This document shows, in pieces, positions 47,057 through 54,860 of a DNA stretch of 64,000 nt. Location: positions 32,001 through 96,000 of the forward strand of contig JBDHHQ010000004.1 of the NCBI GenBank assembly GCA_039589315.1, read 5' to 3'. The position numbers were made by a program, and so were the translations under genes. Position 1 is the first letter of the stretch, and each line of letters opens with the position of its first letter. The notes beneath the pieces are model-generated. The model saw only the letters and a program-made list of their open reading frames with translations, was not told where the DNA came from and did no database searches. Origin of the DNA: Gemmatimonadota bacterium (lineage in GTDB: Bacteria; Gemmatimonadota; Gemmatimonadetes; Longimicrobiales; Gaopeijiaceae).

Positions 47057-48198
47057 ACAAGCTCTGGAATCAGTCGCCCGTTCTCGATCACCTGATCACC
47101 GTCGAGGAACATGTTCTTGTTGCGGCAGCAGATGTCGATGTGGACCGGCGTGTAGTTCTCCCCACCGAGGCCGGCGAACTCGTCCCCGGAGTCGAACATG
47201 TTGCGGCCGATCGAGACCATGACGTTGCCGATCAGGCTCTCGGAGTCCATGCCCATGACCTGCCACTGCGCCCGGTGCTCCGTCCCCCAGCCCGCGTGCG
47301 CGATGCGGAACGGGTCGGCCAGCCGTCCTTCCGGATGACGGTAGTCCTGGAACAGTTCGAGCCTTTCGCGAATCATGTCGGCGTCGGTCCCGCCCTCGAT
47401 TGCGGTCAGTCGTCCGCCTTCCAGCGTGATCTTCACCGGCGTGGTGCAGCGCGTCTGGATGCCCAGGATGATGTCTCCCGGATTCACCATGTAGACGCCT
47501 TCGCTCCGGTCTTCGAGGGGCCCGCAAGCCACCAGGCCGGACGGCCAGTGATCCCACCGACCGGGGATGCTGGAGATCCCGACCTGGGCGTGACCCTTGC
47601 GACCGTCCTTTCGCAGGGTGAAGTCGCTGCCCTGATCGTCGGTCACGCGGATCTCATTCGCGGCCGCCATTCTTCTGGCGCCGGCGTAGGTCCGTTGGAT
47701 GACGTCCTCGTCGGGGAACATCCGCCTGAGCGTCGAGACGGGCTGCTGGACCATGAGCGTTCGCGTGCCGGCGGCCAGCGCGGCGTTGTGTGCATCGGTA
47801 TAGAGCGGGATCGCACCGTAGACCAGATCCGCAGCGACGAATGCCTCCTCGAGCAGATCGCCACCCTCCTGGCGAGAGGGATCCACCGCCCCGCCCCCGC
47901 CCGGCGTCGTGGCAACGAGAGAGTACGCGTTCGCGCCCAGGATCTTCGCCGCCGCCAAGGAGGCCTCGATGTACTCGGGTCGCGCGAAGTCGGGCCTCGA
48001 AAAGAAGAGGAAGTTCTCGCCCGCGCTCAACTCGCACAGCTGCATGTGGCGATGGAAGAGATCGACGAGGTCCGATGATTGGGAGGGATCCGGATCCACC
48101 TCCTCGATGGGGACATCGAGCGCCGACAGGGTCGACGGCAGGGTCGAGGCCGCCAGCACCTGCACACCTGCCGCCTGAAAGAAGGTACGACGCTTCAT
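47053..48198 (-). CDS. Tat-signal NicX-like (2,5-dihydroxypyridine 5,6-dioxygenase-like) protein, canonical His-x-Asp
   Basis: KRRTFFQ twin-arginine motif. PGRWDHWPSG, NPGDII, IAHAGWG, GMDSES, VSIGRN and PVHIDI match NicX motifs as I recall them. Confidence 0.78.
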   Translation of the reverse strand: MKRRTFFQAAGVQVLAASTLPSTLSALDVPIEEVDPDPSQSSDLVDLFHRHMQLCELSAGENFLFFSRPDFARPEYIEASLAAAKILGANAYSLVATTPGGGGAVDPSRQEGGDLLEEAFVAADLVYGAIPLYTDAHNAALAAGTRTLMVQQPVSTLRRMFPDEDVIQRTYAGARRMAAANEIRVTDDQGSDFTLRKDGRKGHAQVGISSIPGRWDHWPSGLVACGPLEDRSEGVYMVNPGDIILGIQTRCTTPVKITLEGGRLTAIEGGTDADMIRERLELFQDYRHPEGRLADPFRIAHAGWGTEHRAQWQVMGMDSESLIGNVMVSIGRNMFDSGDEFAGLGGENYTPVHIDICCRNKNMFLDGDQVIENGRLIPELV

Positions 48199-48252
48199 CG
48201 GAGACTCTCCTTGTGATGGTTGCCTTTGGCGGTTTTGTCGGGCGACCCGTCT

Positions 48253-48294
48253 CCCGGGCCCGATTCAAGGGCTACGCCCCCGATCGGACCCGGG
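48253..48294 (-). terminator. Long intergenic hairpin after susD
   Basis: Minus strand CCCGGGTCCGAT pairs with ATCGGGCCCGGG, with an inner GGGGGC/GCCCTT stem. There is no U tract, so it may be a stabilising or processing stem. Confidence 0.5.
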
Positions 48295-48317
48295 CTGCGG
48301 GTGTTGGAAAGACGTAC

Positions 48318-49637
48318 TCAGCTGAGCCCCTCGATGTTGTCGATCTCTCTCCGCGGCAGCACCTGGCAGGTGATGTCACCAACCGGGAAGCCCTGAGGGA
48401 TCTCGGTGTGGAACAGGTCCAGGTTGTACTTCCGCAGGTACAGGCGCTTGTCGCCCAAGAGGACCTCGGCCTCGAAGAGCAGCGTCCGCTGCTTCTCGTC
48501 GATGAGCTTGTCCCGGATCTCGTTGGGGCCCGTGCCTGCAGGCTGCCACACGATATCGACGCCTCGCTCGGCGCGAATCTCGTTGATGATCTCGACCGTC
48601 CTGTCGGGATCGGATGCCAGAGACGCCTCGGCGATGATGTAGCGCATCTCGGTGCCGTTGGTGATGACGACCGGGTCGCTTCCCGACGGCATCTTCACCG
48701 CTGCGTACACGTCGTCGAACTCACCCCGGGGCGGGACCGGGTTCTTGACCAGGAGCGTGCGCGGATCGGGAATGCCCGTGTCGTCCACCGTCAGGTCGCG
48801 GAACGCGCTGGATACGCTGTGCTCGCCGAAGCCCCAAGTCCGGAACCAGATCCGGTTGGTCTGCTCGAAAGTGTTGGTCGAGTAGGTCGAGACGAACTCG
48901 AAGTCGTCCGGGACCTGCTCCGCGAAGGTGGCGGCTTGAGCGTCGTTCCCCAGCAGGCGGTTCACCCGGGCGAGCCCAGCCAGGGCGGCCAGCCTGATCT
49001 CCTCTTCCGCGCTAGACGCGGACGCTGCGGCCTGGAAATGCTCCAAGGCAATCTGGTAGCCTTCCAGCGAGCTGTACCGTGGTGGTCTTGCGTCCAGCAC
49101 CAGCTCGCAATAGAGGTCGGACAGCCACACGATCTCGAAGCCGCGATACAAGGAGAGCCGGGCGTACTCCGCCGAGTTCGCGTCCAGCCCCTCGAACTCG
49201 CCACTCAGGATCCGCTCACGGGCCCTCTCAGCCGACGCGATGCTCTGCTGGAGGTACGCGTAGTAGGCCACCTCGGGGCCTCGGCTATCCCGTTCCCCTC
49301 CGGTGAGCCCTCCCGCCTGCCCGCCGCCCTCATTGACGTTTCGCTGCGACAGCGCGAATCGCAGATTCCCCACCGCCACGATGCCGCCGCCCAACTGGTT
49401 CGATTGGTACACCCACACGTCGTAAGCGTAGTCCATGTCCACCTTGGTTCCGACCATCGTCTCCTGAAGGAGAGGCGGGTTCTGCGTGGCGTCCACGAAG
49501 TGGGGGTCGGGATCGACGGTCAGGAGGTCGTCGCAGCCGGTGATGCCTATCGAACCGACCGCGACTGACACGCCGAGGATCCAGATGATCGCCTGGCTCC
49601 TGCCGAGCCGCCTCCGATCGATGTTCTTCTCGTCCAT
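48318..49637 (-). CDS. susD: SusD/RagB-like outer-membrane lipoprotein
   Basis: Lipobox GITG-C-DDLLTV, TPR-like helices (ALAGLARVNRLLGN), EMRYIIAEA, INEIRAERG, EKQRTLLFE and C-terminal LPRREIDN. Directly downstream of susC. Confidence 0.82.
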   Translation of the reverse strand: MDEKNIDRRRLGRSQAIIWILGVSVAVGSIGITGCDDLLTVDPDPHFVDATQNPPLLQETMVGTKVDMDYAYDVWVYQSNQLGGGIVAVGNLRFALSQRNVNEGGGQAGGLTGGERDSRGPEVAYYAYLQQSIASAERARERILSGEFEGLDANSAEYARLSLYRGFEIVWLSDLYCELVLDARPPRYSSLEGYQIALEHFQAAASASSAEEEIRLAALAGLARVNRLLGNDAQAATFAEQVPDDFEFVSTYSTNTFEQTNRIWFRTWGFGEHSVSSAFRDLTVDDTGIPDPRTLLVKNPVPPRGEFDDVYAAVKMPSGSDPVVITNGTEMRYIIAEASLASDPDRTVEIINEIRAERGVDIVWQPAGTGPNEIRDKLIDEKQRTLLFEAEVLLGDKRLYLRKYNLDLFHTEIPQGFPVGDITCQVLPRREIDNIEGLS

Positions 49638-49690
49638 GGTGCGTCTCCCTTGCTGGCGTTTCTCTTCGTCGGCAATCAGTGTCCTCGACA

Positions 49691-52600
49691 TCAGAACTGC
49701 ATCTGTATCCGCGCGAAGAATCGCCTCGGAACCGCCTCACCGTAGAACTCCTCGTTGGCCACGAACTCGGTCTGCCCGCCCAGCACGATGGCTTCTGGAT
49801 CGAGGCCGCGGTAATTCGTCCAGGTAGCCAAGTTCCGGGTCCCGACCGTCAGGGAGGTCCTCACGTCCCTCGTGAGGTTCTCCGGGATCCGGTAGGTGAG
49901 CGTGACCTCTCTCCATTTGATGAACGACCCGTCCTCGGCGAAGACGAAGTCCCGGTGGATTCCGCCCTCGACCAACGACTTCTCCATGGCCGCTTGCTCC
50001 TCGGGCGTCATCTCCGACTCGCGGAACGCGTATTCCCGCGTTCCCGCGAAGTCTCGTCCGAAGCTCACGTGGAAGTCGCTGGTGCCGTTGTTCTTTGACA
50101 CGTTGCCCTTGCGATCGAACAGCGTGGAAAGCGTCAGCCGCCCCTGCAACATGGTGAAAGTCGTGGACAGGCTCTGGAAGTTCGTTGGCTGAGGACTCCC
50201 CAGGAACGAATAGTCCGCCTGGCTCCCGGTGAGCCCCAGGTCTCCTGGCTGTACGACGACGCTGCCCTCGACGATCGTGCCGTCGGCGGCTCGCTCGGCC
50301 CTGGTGATGATGGGACCGTAGTACGAGCCGGGCGGGAAGCCCTCGATGAACGCACCGCGGTTGCCTCCCAGAAGAAGCGGTGGGAACTCACCCATGGAGG
50401 TGATGATGGGATTCTGTGTGCTGTGCCTGTAGTCGAGGTCCCATTGGAAGGACGCCGTGTTCACGAGCTGCGCCCCGATCTGTGCCTCCCAGCCGTTGTT
50501 CTGAAGCTCGCCCACGTTGATCCACTGTTGGCCTCTGAACCCGGCCGATGGCGCCAGGAACCGCTCCAGGATCGCGTCCGTCGTCGTTTGCCGGAAGTAG
50601 GTGAACTTGACGGCCAGCCGTTCGTCCAGCAGGCCGGCGTCGAAGCCCAGCTCCAACTCGGCCTTCCGCTCGGCCGTCAGGTCCTCGTTCCCCGGGAAGG
50701 CCGCCGACACGCCCGTGATCTGGTTGCCGCCCGACTCCAAGCGAACGGGTAGGAGCCTGGTGATCGATGCGGACTGCGGAGGGGCCTGCGCAGCCGTGCC
50801 ATAGGCACCGCGGAACCGCAGGCTGGACCACCACGAGACGTTCCAGAAGTCGTAGGCGCTGGCCACCCATGACGCGTTGAAGCTGGGAGACCAGATGCCG
50901 GATTGATTCTCGCCGAAGGCGCTGTTGTCGTCGTACCGGATTCCCGCGCTGAAGAACAACCGGTCGTCGAAGGAGAAGCGCTGCTGGCCGTACACGCCAG
51001 CCTGACGGTTGTCGCTCAGCCCCGAGAAGCCCGACTCGATCAGCGCGGCGTCGCACGCGGTGGCCGTGGGGCTCGCGAATCCGCCTTCCCCGATGCACCC
51101 CACGAGCTCGCTCCGTCGCTGGAAGTACTGGGCGCCGAAGCTGCTGGTCGAGGAAACCCGACTGCTCAGGTTCGCCAGGATCGTACCCGTGTACTCAAAG
51201 GTCTTGTTGGTGGTGGTGTGTCGCTGATCCCGGATGAAGCCGGAAGACAGGATGCCGAAGGGCCGATCCTCATCCAGCGGGAACTCGTTGGTGTCATGTT
51301 CCTGGGAGAAGTCGATCCCGACCGTGAACCGGTTCGTGAACCAGGACGCGGGCGTCCAGGCGGCGACCGCGCTTCCTATGAACCGGTTGAGCTCCTGTCC
51401 GCTGAGGACGGTGTTCAGGTTGTCGAAGTTCGAGATCAGGTTGCCCTGCTGGAACTCGCACCGCGCATCCTGGTTTTCGCCACTGGCGAGTGTCCCCAGG
51501 CAGTCGCCCCGGGTCCCGTCGGGCTTGACACCGAAGGAAGTGAGGGCTCCTCCGGCTCCGCCGTTCGTAGAGTAGCCGCGGAAGCTCCGTGAGGACTCGG
51601 GTACGCGGACTTCAGATTCCACGTAGTTGGTGCTGAGGACGACCTCGAACTTGTCGCTCGTTCGGGCGGTGAGGTTGCCGCGCAGCGAAGCCCGCTCCAG
51701 GGTGTTCACCGGGTACGGTCCGTCGGAGTTCTCGTACCTGCCGGACACGAAATACTGGATGTCCCGTCCGCCGCCGTTCACGCTCAGGTTGAACGCGTTG
51801 GACCACCCGGTGCGCAACGGACTGGTGAGCGCATTCGTCATGGAGTTGTGGAAGCCCCAAACTTCTCCCGTGACCGGGTTTACGGTGGCGTTCCACTGCT
51901 GGGCGATGGGACTGTTGACGTCCGTGATGCCCATGAACTTCGTGAAGTTGTAGTACTTGTCCCAGTAGTGAGCATTATCCTGGACGAAACCTGTCTCCCA
52001 ACTGGCGGTGACGCCGTGCGCCCCCCTCCGGCCCTTCCTCGTCTCGATGATGATCACGCCTGACGCCGCCTCCGACCCGTAGAGGGCAGTGGCGGTCGGC
52101 CCCTTGATGACCTGGACCGATTCCACGTCTGACGGATTGATGTCGTCGATGCGAGAGAACGTGCGTCCTTCGGTCCAGTCGATGGACTCGGGACCGCGAT
52201 CCGTCTCGTTGCTGACCCGAACCCCGTCCATGATGATGATCGGGTTCGCGCCCTGGCTGAGGCTGGTCACGCCTCGAACGCGGATCCTCGAAGCGCTCCC
52301 GACCGGCCCGGTTCCCTGCTGGATGTCCACGCCGCCGGCTCGGCCGGACATCAGGTCGGACAGGGTCGAGACGGCGGCGGTCTCCATCTCCAACTGCGCG
52401 TCGAAGCGCTCGAAGTCGGTGCCTACGGCTTGGCGACTGGCGGCCGCCGCGTCCACCGTGGCGACGACGCCCTCCAGGTCAATAGCCCTGCGCGACAACG
52501 TGAAATCGACCTGGACGGTCTCGTCGGCTCGCACCAACACCACCTGGTCCGAGGTGCCGAAGCCGATGATCTGAGCGCGGAGCGTGATTTCACCGGCGGG

Positions 52601-52858
52601 GAGGTTGAGCATGAGGAACCGTCCCGCCGCCGTGGTCAGAGCCCCGAATCCGGTGTCCGGCACGTAGATCTGCACGTTGCCGAGGGGGCGCCCGGTGGAC
52701 TCCTCCGTGACCGTGCCCGTGATCCCGCCCGAAGATGACTGAGCAGCGAGCTCAGGCGCAGTCCCCACGGGCAAGATCCTGTGCGCGGCGGGCTCCAACG
52801 CCGTCACGGCGACAGCCAATGCGACGAGGGCAGAGATTCTGACAAACGAGCGTCTCAT
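49691..52858 (-). CDS. susC: SusC/RagA-type TonB-dependent receptor
   Basis: N-terminal carboxypeptidase-regulatory-like domain (ITGTVTEESTGRPLGNVQI), plug RIRVRGVTSL...PIIIMDGV and IDDINPSDVESVQVIKGPTATALYGSEAASGVIIIETRKG, then GNEDLTAERKAELELG, EDGSFIKWREVTLTY and WTNYRGLDPE. Terminal Phe. Confidence 0.95.
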   Translation of the reverse strand: MRRSFVRISALVALAVAVTALEPAAHRILPVGTAPELAAQSSSGGITGTVTEESTGRPLGNVQIYVPDTGFGALTTAAGRFLMLNLPAGEITLRAQIIGFGTSDQVVLVRADETVQVDFTLSRRAIDLEGVVATVDAAAASRQAVGTDFERFDAQLEMETAAVSTLSDLMSGRAGGVDIQQGTGPVGSASRIRVRGVTSLSQGANPIIIMDGVRVSNETDRGPESIDWTEGRTFSRIDDINPSDVESVQVIKGPTATALYGSEAASGVIIIETRKGRRGAHGVTASWETGFVQDNAHYWDKYYNFTKFMGITDVNSPIAQQWNATVNPVTGEVWGFHNSMTNALTSPLRTGWSNAFNLSVNGGGRDIQYFVSGRYENSDGPYPVNTLERASLRGNLTARTSDKFEVVLSTNYVESEVRVPESSRSFRGYSTNGGAGGALTSFGVKPDGTRGDCLGTLASGENQDARCEFQQGNLISNFDNLNTVLSGQELNRFIGSAVAAWTPASWFTNRFTVGIDFSQEHDTNEFPLDEDRPFGILSSGFIRDQRHTTTNKTFEYTGTILANLSSRVSSTSSFGAQYFQRRSELVGCIGEGGFASPTATACDAALIESGFSGLSDNRQAGVYGQQRFSFDDRLFFSAGIRYDDNSAFGENQSGIWSPSFNASWVASAYDFWNVSWWSSLRFRGAYGTAAQAPPQSASITRLLPVRLESGGNQITGVSAAFPGNEDLTAERKAELELGFDAGLLDERLAVKFTYFRQTTTDAILERFLAPSAGFRGQQWINVGELQNNGWEAQIGAQLVNTASFQWDLDYRHSTQNPIITSMGEFPPLLLGGNRGAFIEGFPPGSYYGPIITRAERAADGTIVEGSVVVQPGDLGLTGSQADYSFLGSPQPTNFQSLSTTFTMLQGRLTLSTLFDRKGNVSKNNGTSDFHVSFGRDFAGTREYAFRESEMTPEEQAAMEKSLVEGGIHRDFVFAEDGSFIKWREVTLTYRIPENLTRDVRTSLTVGTRNLATWTNYRGLDPEAIVLGGQTEFVANEEFYGEAVPRRFFARIQMQF

Positions 52859-53171
52859 TTAAGCACCTCCTGTAGACAAGACGGACGGGGAACGGATTCA
52901 AACCCGCAGGAACGGTCAGACCCCGAAGATCACGTCTTCGGGGCGGAACATCCCCGGTCGCCAAAACAGCTGGCGAGCATTCGAGGGAAAGGGCTCCGGT
53001 CTCGGATGCCGTGAACCGAATGGAGCCCGCGCCAACCGAGCGACGCGGACGGACGGCGCCCATCGCTGCGCAGTAGTGCCGGTCACCGGGCCAACTCCAT
53101 GCATGACGGTCCGTTTGGGTCGTGCCGCCGGATCCGCTTCAGGCGAGCACAGTCAACTGGCCCAGCCTACG

Positions 53172-53194
53172 GAACATTGTTGAGTTGTTCAAAC
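53172..53194. promoter_or_regulatory. Putative GntR operator at the susC promoter
   Basis: Minus strand GTTTGAACAACTCAACAATGTTC directly follows the -10 box and resembles the site at 54235-54258. Confidence 0.5.
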
Positions 53195-53223
53195 GTTCTA
53201 CGTCGTCCGCTCCTCGGTGTCAA
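53195..53223 (-). promoter_or_regulatory. Sigma70-type promoter for the susC operon
   Basis: TTGACA (53218-53223), exactly 17 nt, TAGAAC (53195-53200), read on the minus strand. Confidence 0.6.
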
Positions 53224-53437
53224 GTGGCTTGGGGTCTAGAGGCCACGGAGCGGTCTCACTGCGAGGGTCGCTTACGCAAGGCAGTCGAGGACGCGCGGCA
53301 GCCCGGAGGGCTGGGGAGTGGCAGGCATTGCGCACATGCCCGCGCGCGAGCCGGGCCCGCGCGCGCGCCGCTTGCCTCCGGTGAGGGGCGCGGCGACCCT
53401 GAGCATTGATACGACGGGGAAGTTGTGTATGGGGGCT

Positions 53438-54136
53438 TCAGGAGCCAGAGGCGAAATCAAGGCTCGGAGAGCTGGCGATGGCGTCCATGACCCTGGATTC
53501 GCCCTGCTCGAGGTGATCGAGGATCTCCTCGGCGCATTGCTCCACGCGCCCCTTCTCGAGCAGATCCACGACCACCCCGTGCCGCGCCATCTGTCGGGCC
53601 GTAGCGGCGGCGCTCACCTGCCGGTCGATGAGAATCAGAGCCAGGCGCAGCTCTGCCGTCACGGTTCGGAAGAGGCCGTCGATCCGCTCGCTTCCGTGTT
53701 GGCTCACCAGCCTGCGGTGAAACCGCATGTCCAGCTCGACGGCGAGAGGCCAGTCTTCATCGTCGACGGCTCGGTTTACCGCCTCCACGAGCTCCCTCAA
53801 CTCCCTCACGTCTTCAGCAGGTAGATCGAGAGCCTTCCTCACTGCCGTGGGTTCGAGCAGCTTTCTGACGAGGAAGATGTCGCTGACGTCCTGCCGCCCG
53901 AGTGACATGACCGAGGCCCCTCGATGCGGGGTATGCTTCACCAGCCCCTCGTGGACGAGAGACCGGATCGCCTCCCGCAAGGTGTTGCGAGAGATGCCGA
54001 GCGCCTCGGCCACGGAAACCTCCTGCAACGCCGTCCCGGGCGGCAGTTCTCCGCCGAGTATCCGCTCTCGCAGGGCGGCAGCGGCCTGGTCGGCGGTGCT
54101 CGTTCGATCGATCTGAAAGCCCTCTCGCACTACCAC
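53438..54136 (-). CDS. GntR family regulator (FadR subfamily, FCD domain)
   Basis: LRERILGGELPPG...VAEALGISRNTLREAIRSLVHEGLV...PHRGASV, and FCD motifs VRKLLE and LDMRFHRRL. Confidence 0.92.
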   Translation of the reverse strand: MVVREGFQIDRTSTADQAAAALRERILGGELPPGTALQEVSVAEALGISRNTLREAIRSLVHEGLVKHTPHRGASVMSLGRQDVSDIFLVRKLLEPTAVRKALDLPAEDVRELRELVEAVNRAVDDEDWPLAVELDMRFHRRLVSQHGSERIDGLFRTVTAELRLALILIDRQVSAAATARQMARHGVVVDLLEKGRVEQCAEEILDHLEQGESRVMDAIASSPSLDFASGS

Positions 54137-54234
54137 GCTTGGGCTCCTCCCTGTTGGCGAATCGCCCTGACACTCGCTCCATGGAACACTCCTTCACGCG
54201 CCGACCTTTGCCGGCGGCCCGGGGGTGACCATAG

Positions 54235-54260
54235 GTTGTTCGGCGTTGTTGAACAATCTA
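54235..54260. promoter_or_regulatory. Putative gntR -10 box and overlapping operator palindrome
   Basis: TTGTT-G-AACAA palindrome (54246-54256) plus an extra GTTGTTC half-site. Minus-strand TAGATT (54255-54260) overlaps it. Confidence 0.55.
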
Positions 54261-54429
54261 ACGCGTTGGAGACTGACGTCGACCCCGTGCAGGGATGTTG
54301 TAGGCAGGAACTCCGATCCCGGGGCATTGTCGAGCGAAGGGAGACAGCTCAAACTCGAGTGCAGGCAGTCCGGTGGGGAATCGGCGACGGCGAGCCTGCG
54401 GGATCGCCCTCGCACCCCGCCCCCGCTCG

Positions 54430-54840
54430 CTACCTTCGGGTGATCACCTGGATGATCCCACCGAGGTACCCCTGCCCGTGGAGAAGCGTCGCCTCGGAGG
54501 AGCCGATGAAGCGAATCTCTTCGATCACGTTGGCCGAGATCGCGTAGAGCGCTTGGAGCTCTCCACGTTCGAGGCCGTCGACGAATACCTTCGGCAGTAC
54601 AGGCGTGGGATCGGTGGCGGACGTGGGACCGCGCGACACCAGCCAGTCGCGGCGCAGGCGTTCAACGGCCTCATACGCGGAATCGGACGCCGAGCCTTCG
54701 ATCTCGGCCCGGGTGATGACGTCGCTCGACCGGGCGCCCGCACCGCCGCCGCCCGGCGCGGTGCCGCAGCCAGACAGCCCGACCGTGGCCACCAGGGCGA
54801 GGACGAATCGAAGAGGTGACGCACGAATATGGATACGCAG
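54430..54840 (-). CDS. Small lipoprotein resembling a stand-alone TonB-receptor plug domain
   Basis: Lipobox GLSG-C. DVITRAEI...AYEAVERLR...VFVDG...ISANVIEEIRFI...ATLLHG...GGIIQVIT parallels the SusC plug motif in this window. Start codon unclear. Confidence 0.7.
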   Translation of the reverse strand: MRIHIRASPLRFVLALVATVGLSGCGTAPGGGGAGARSSDVITRAEIEGSASDSAYEAVERLRRDWLVSRGPTSATDPTPVLPKVFVDGLERGELQALYAISANVIEEIRFIGSSEATLLHGQGYLGGIIQVITRR

Positions 54841-54860
54841 CTCCCAAAGGAGACATCCCA

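Noticed and set aside
32584..48198. Annotating the three Tat proteins as leucyl or M29 aminopeptidases
   Set aside because: I do not see the Glu ligands of the M29 binuclear site. The motifs fit the NicX branch better, although activity is unproven.
48318..52858. Calling the locus a classical polysaccharide utilisation locus
   Set aside because: No recognisable CAZyme in the operon. The VPS10/BNR protein is over 30 kb away and separately organised.
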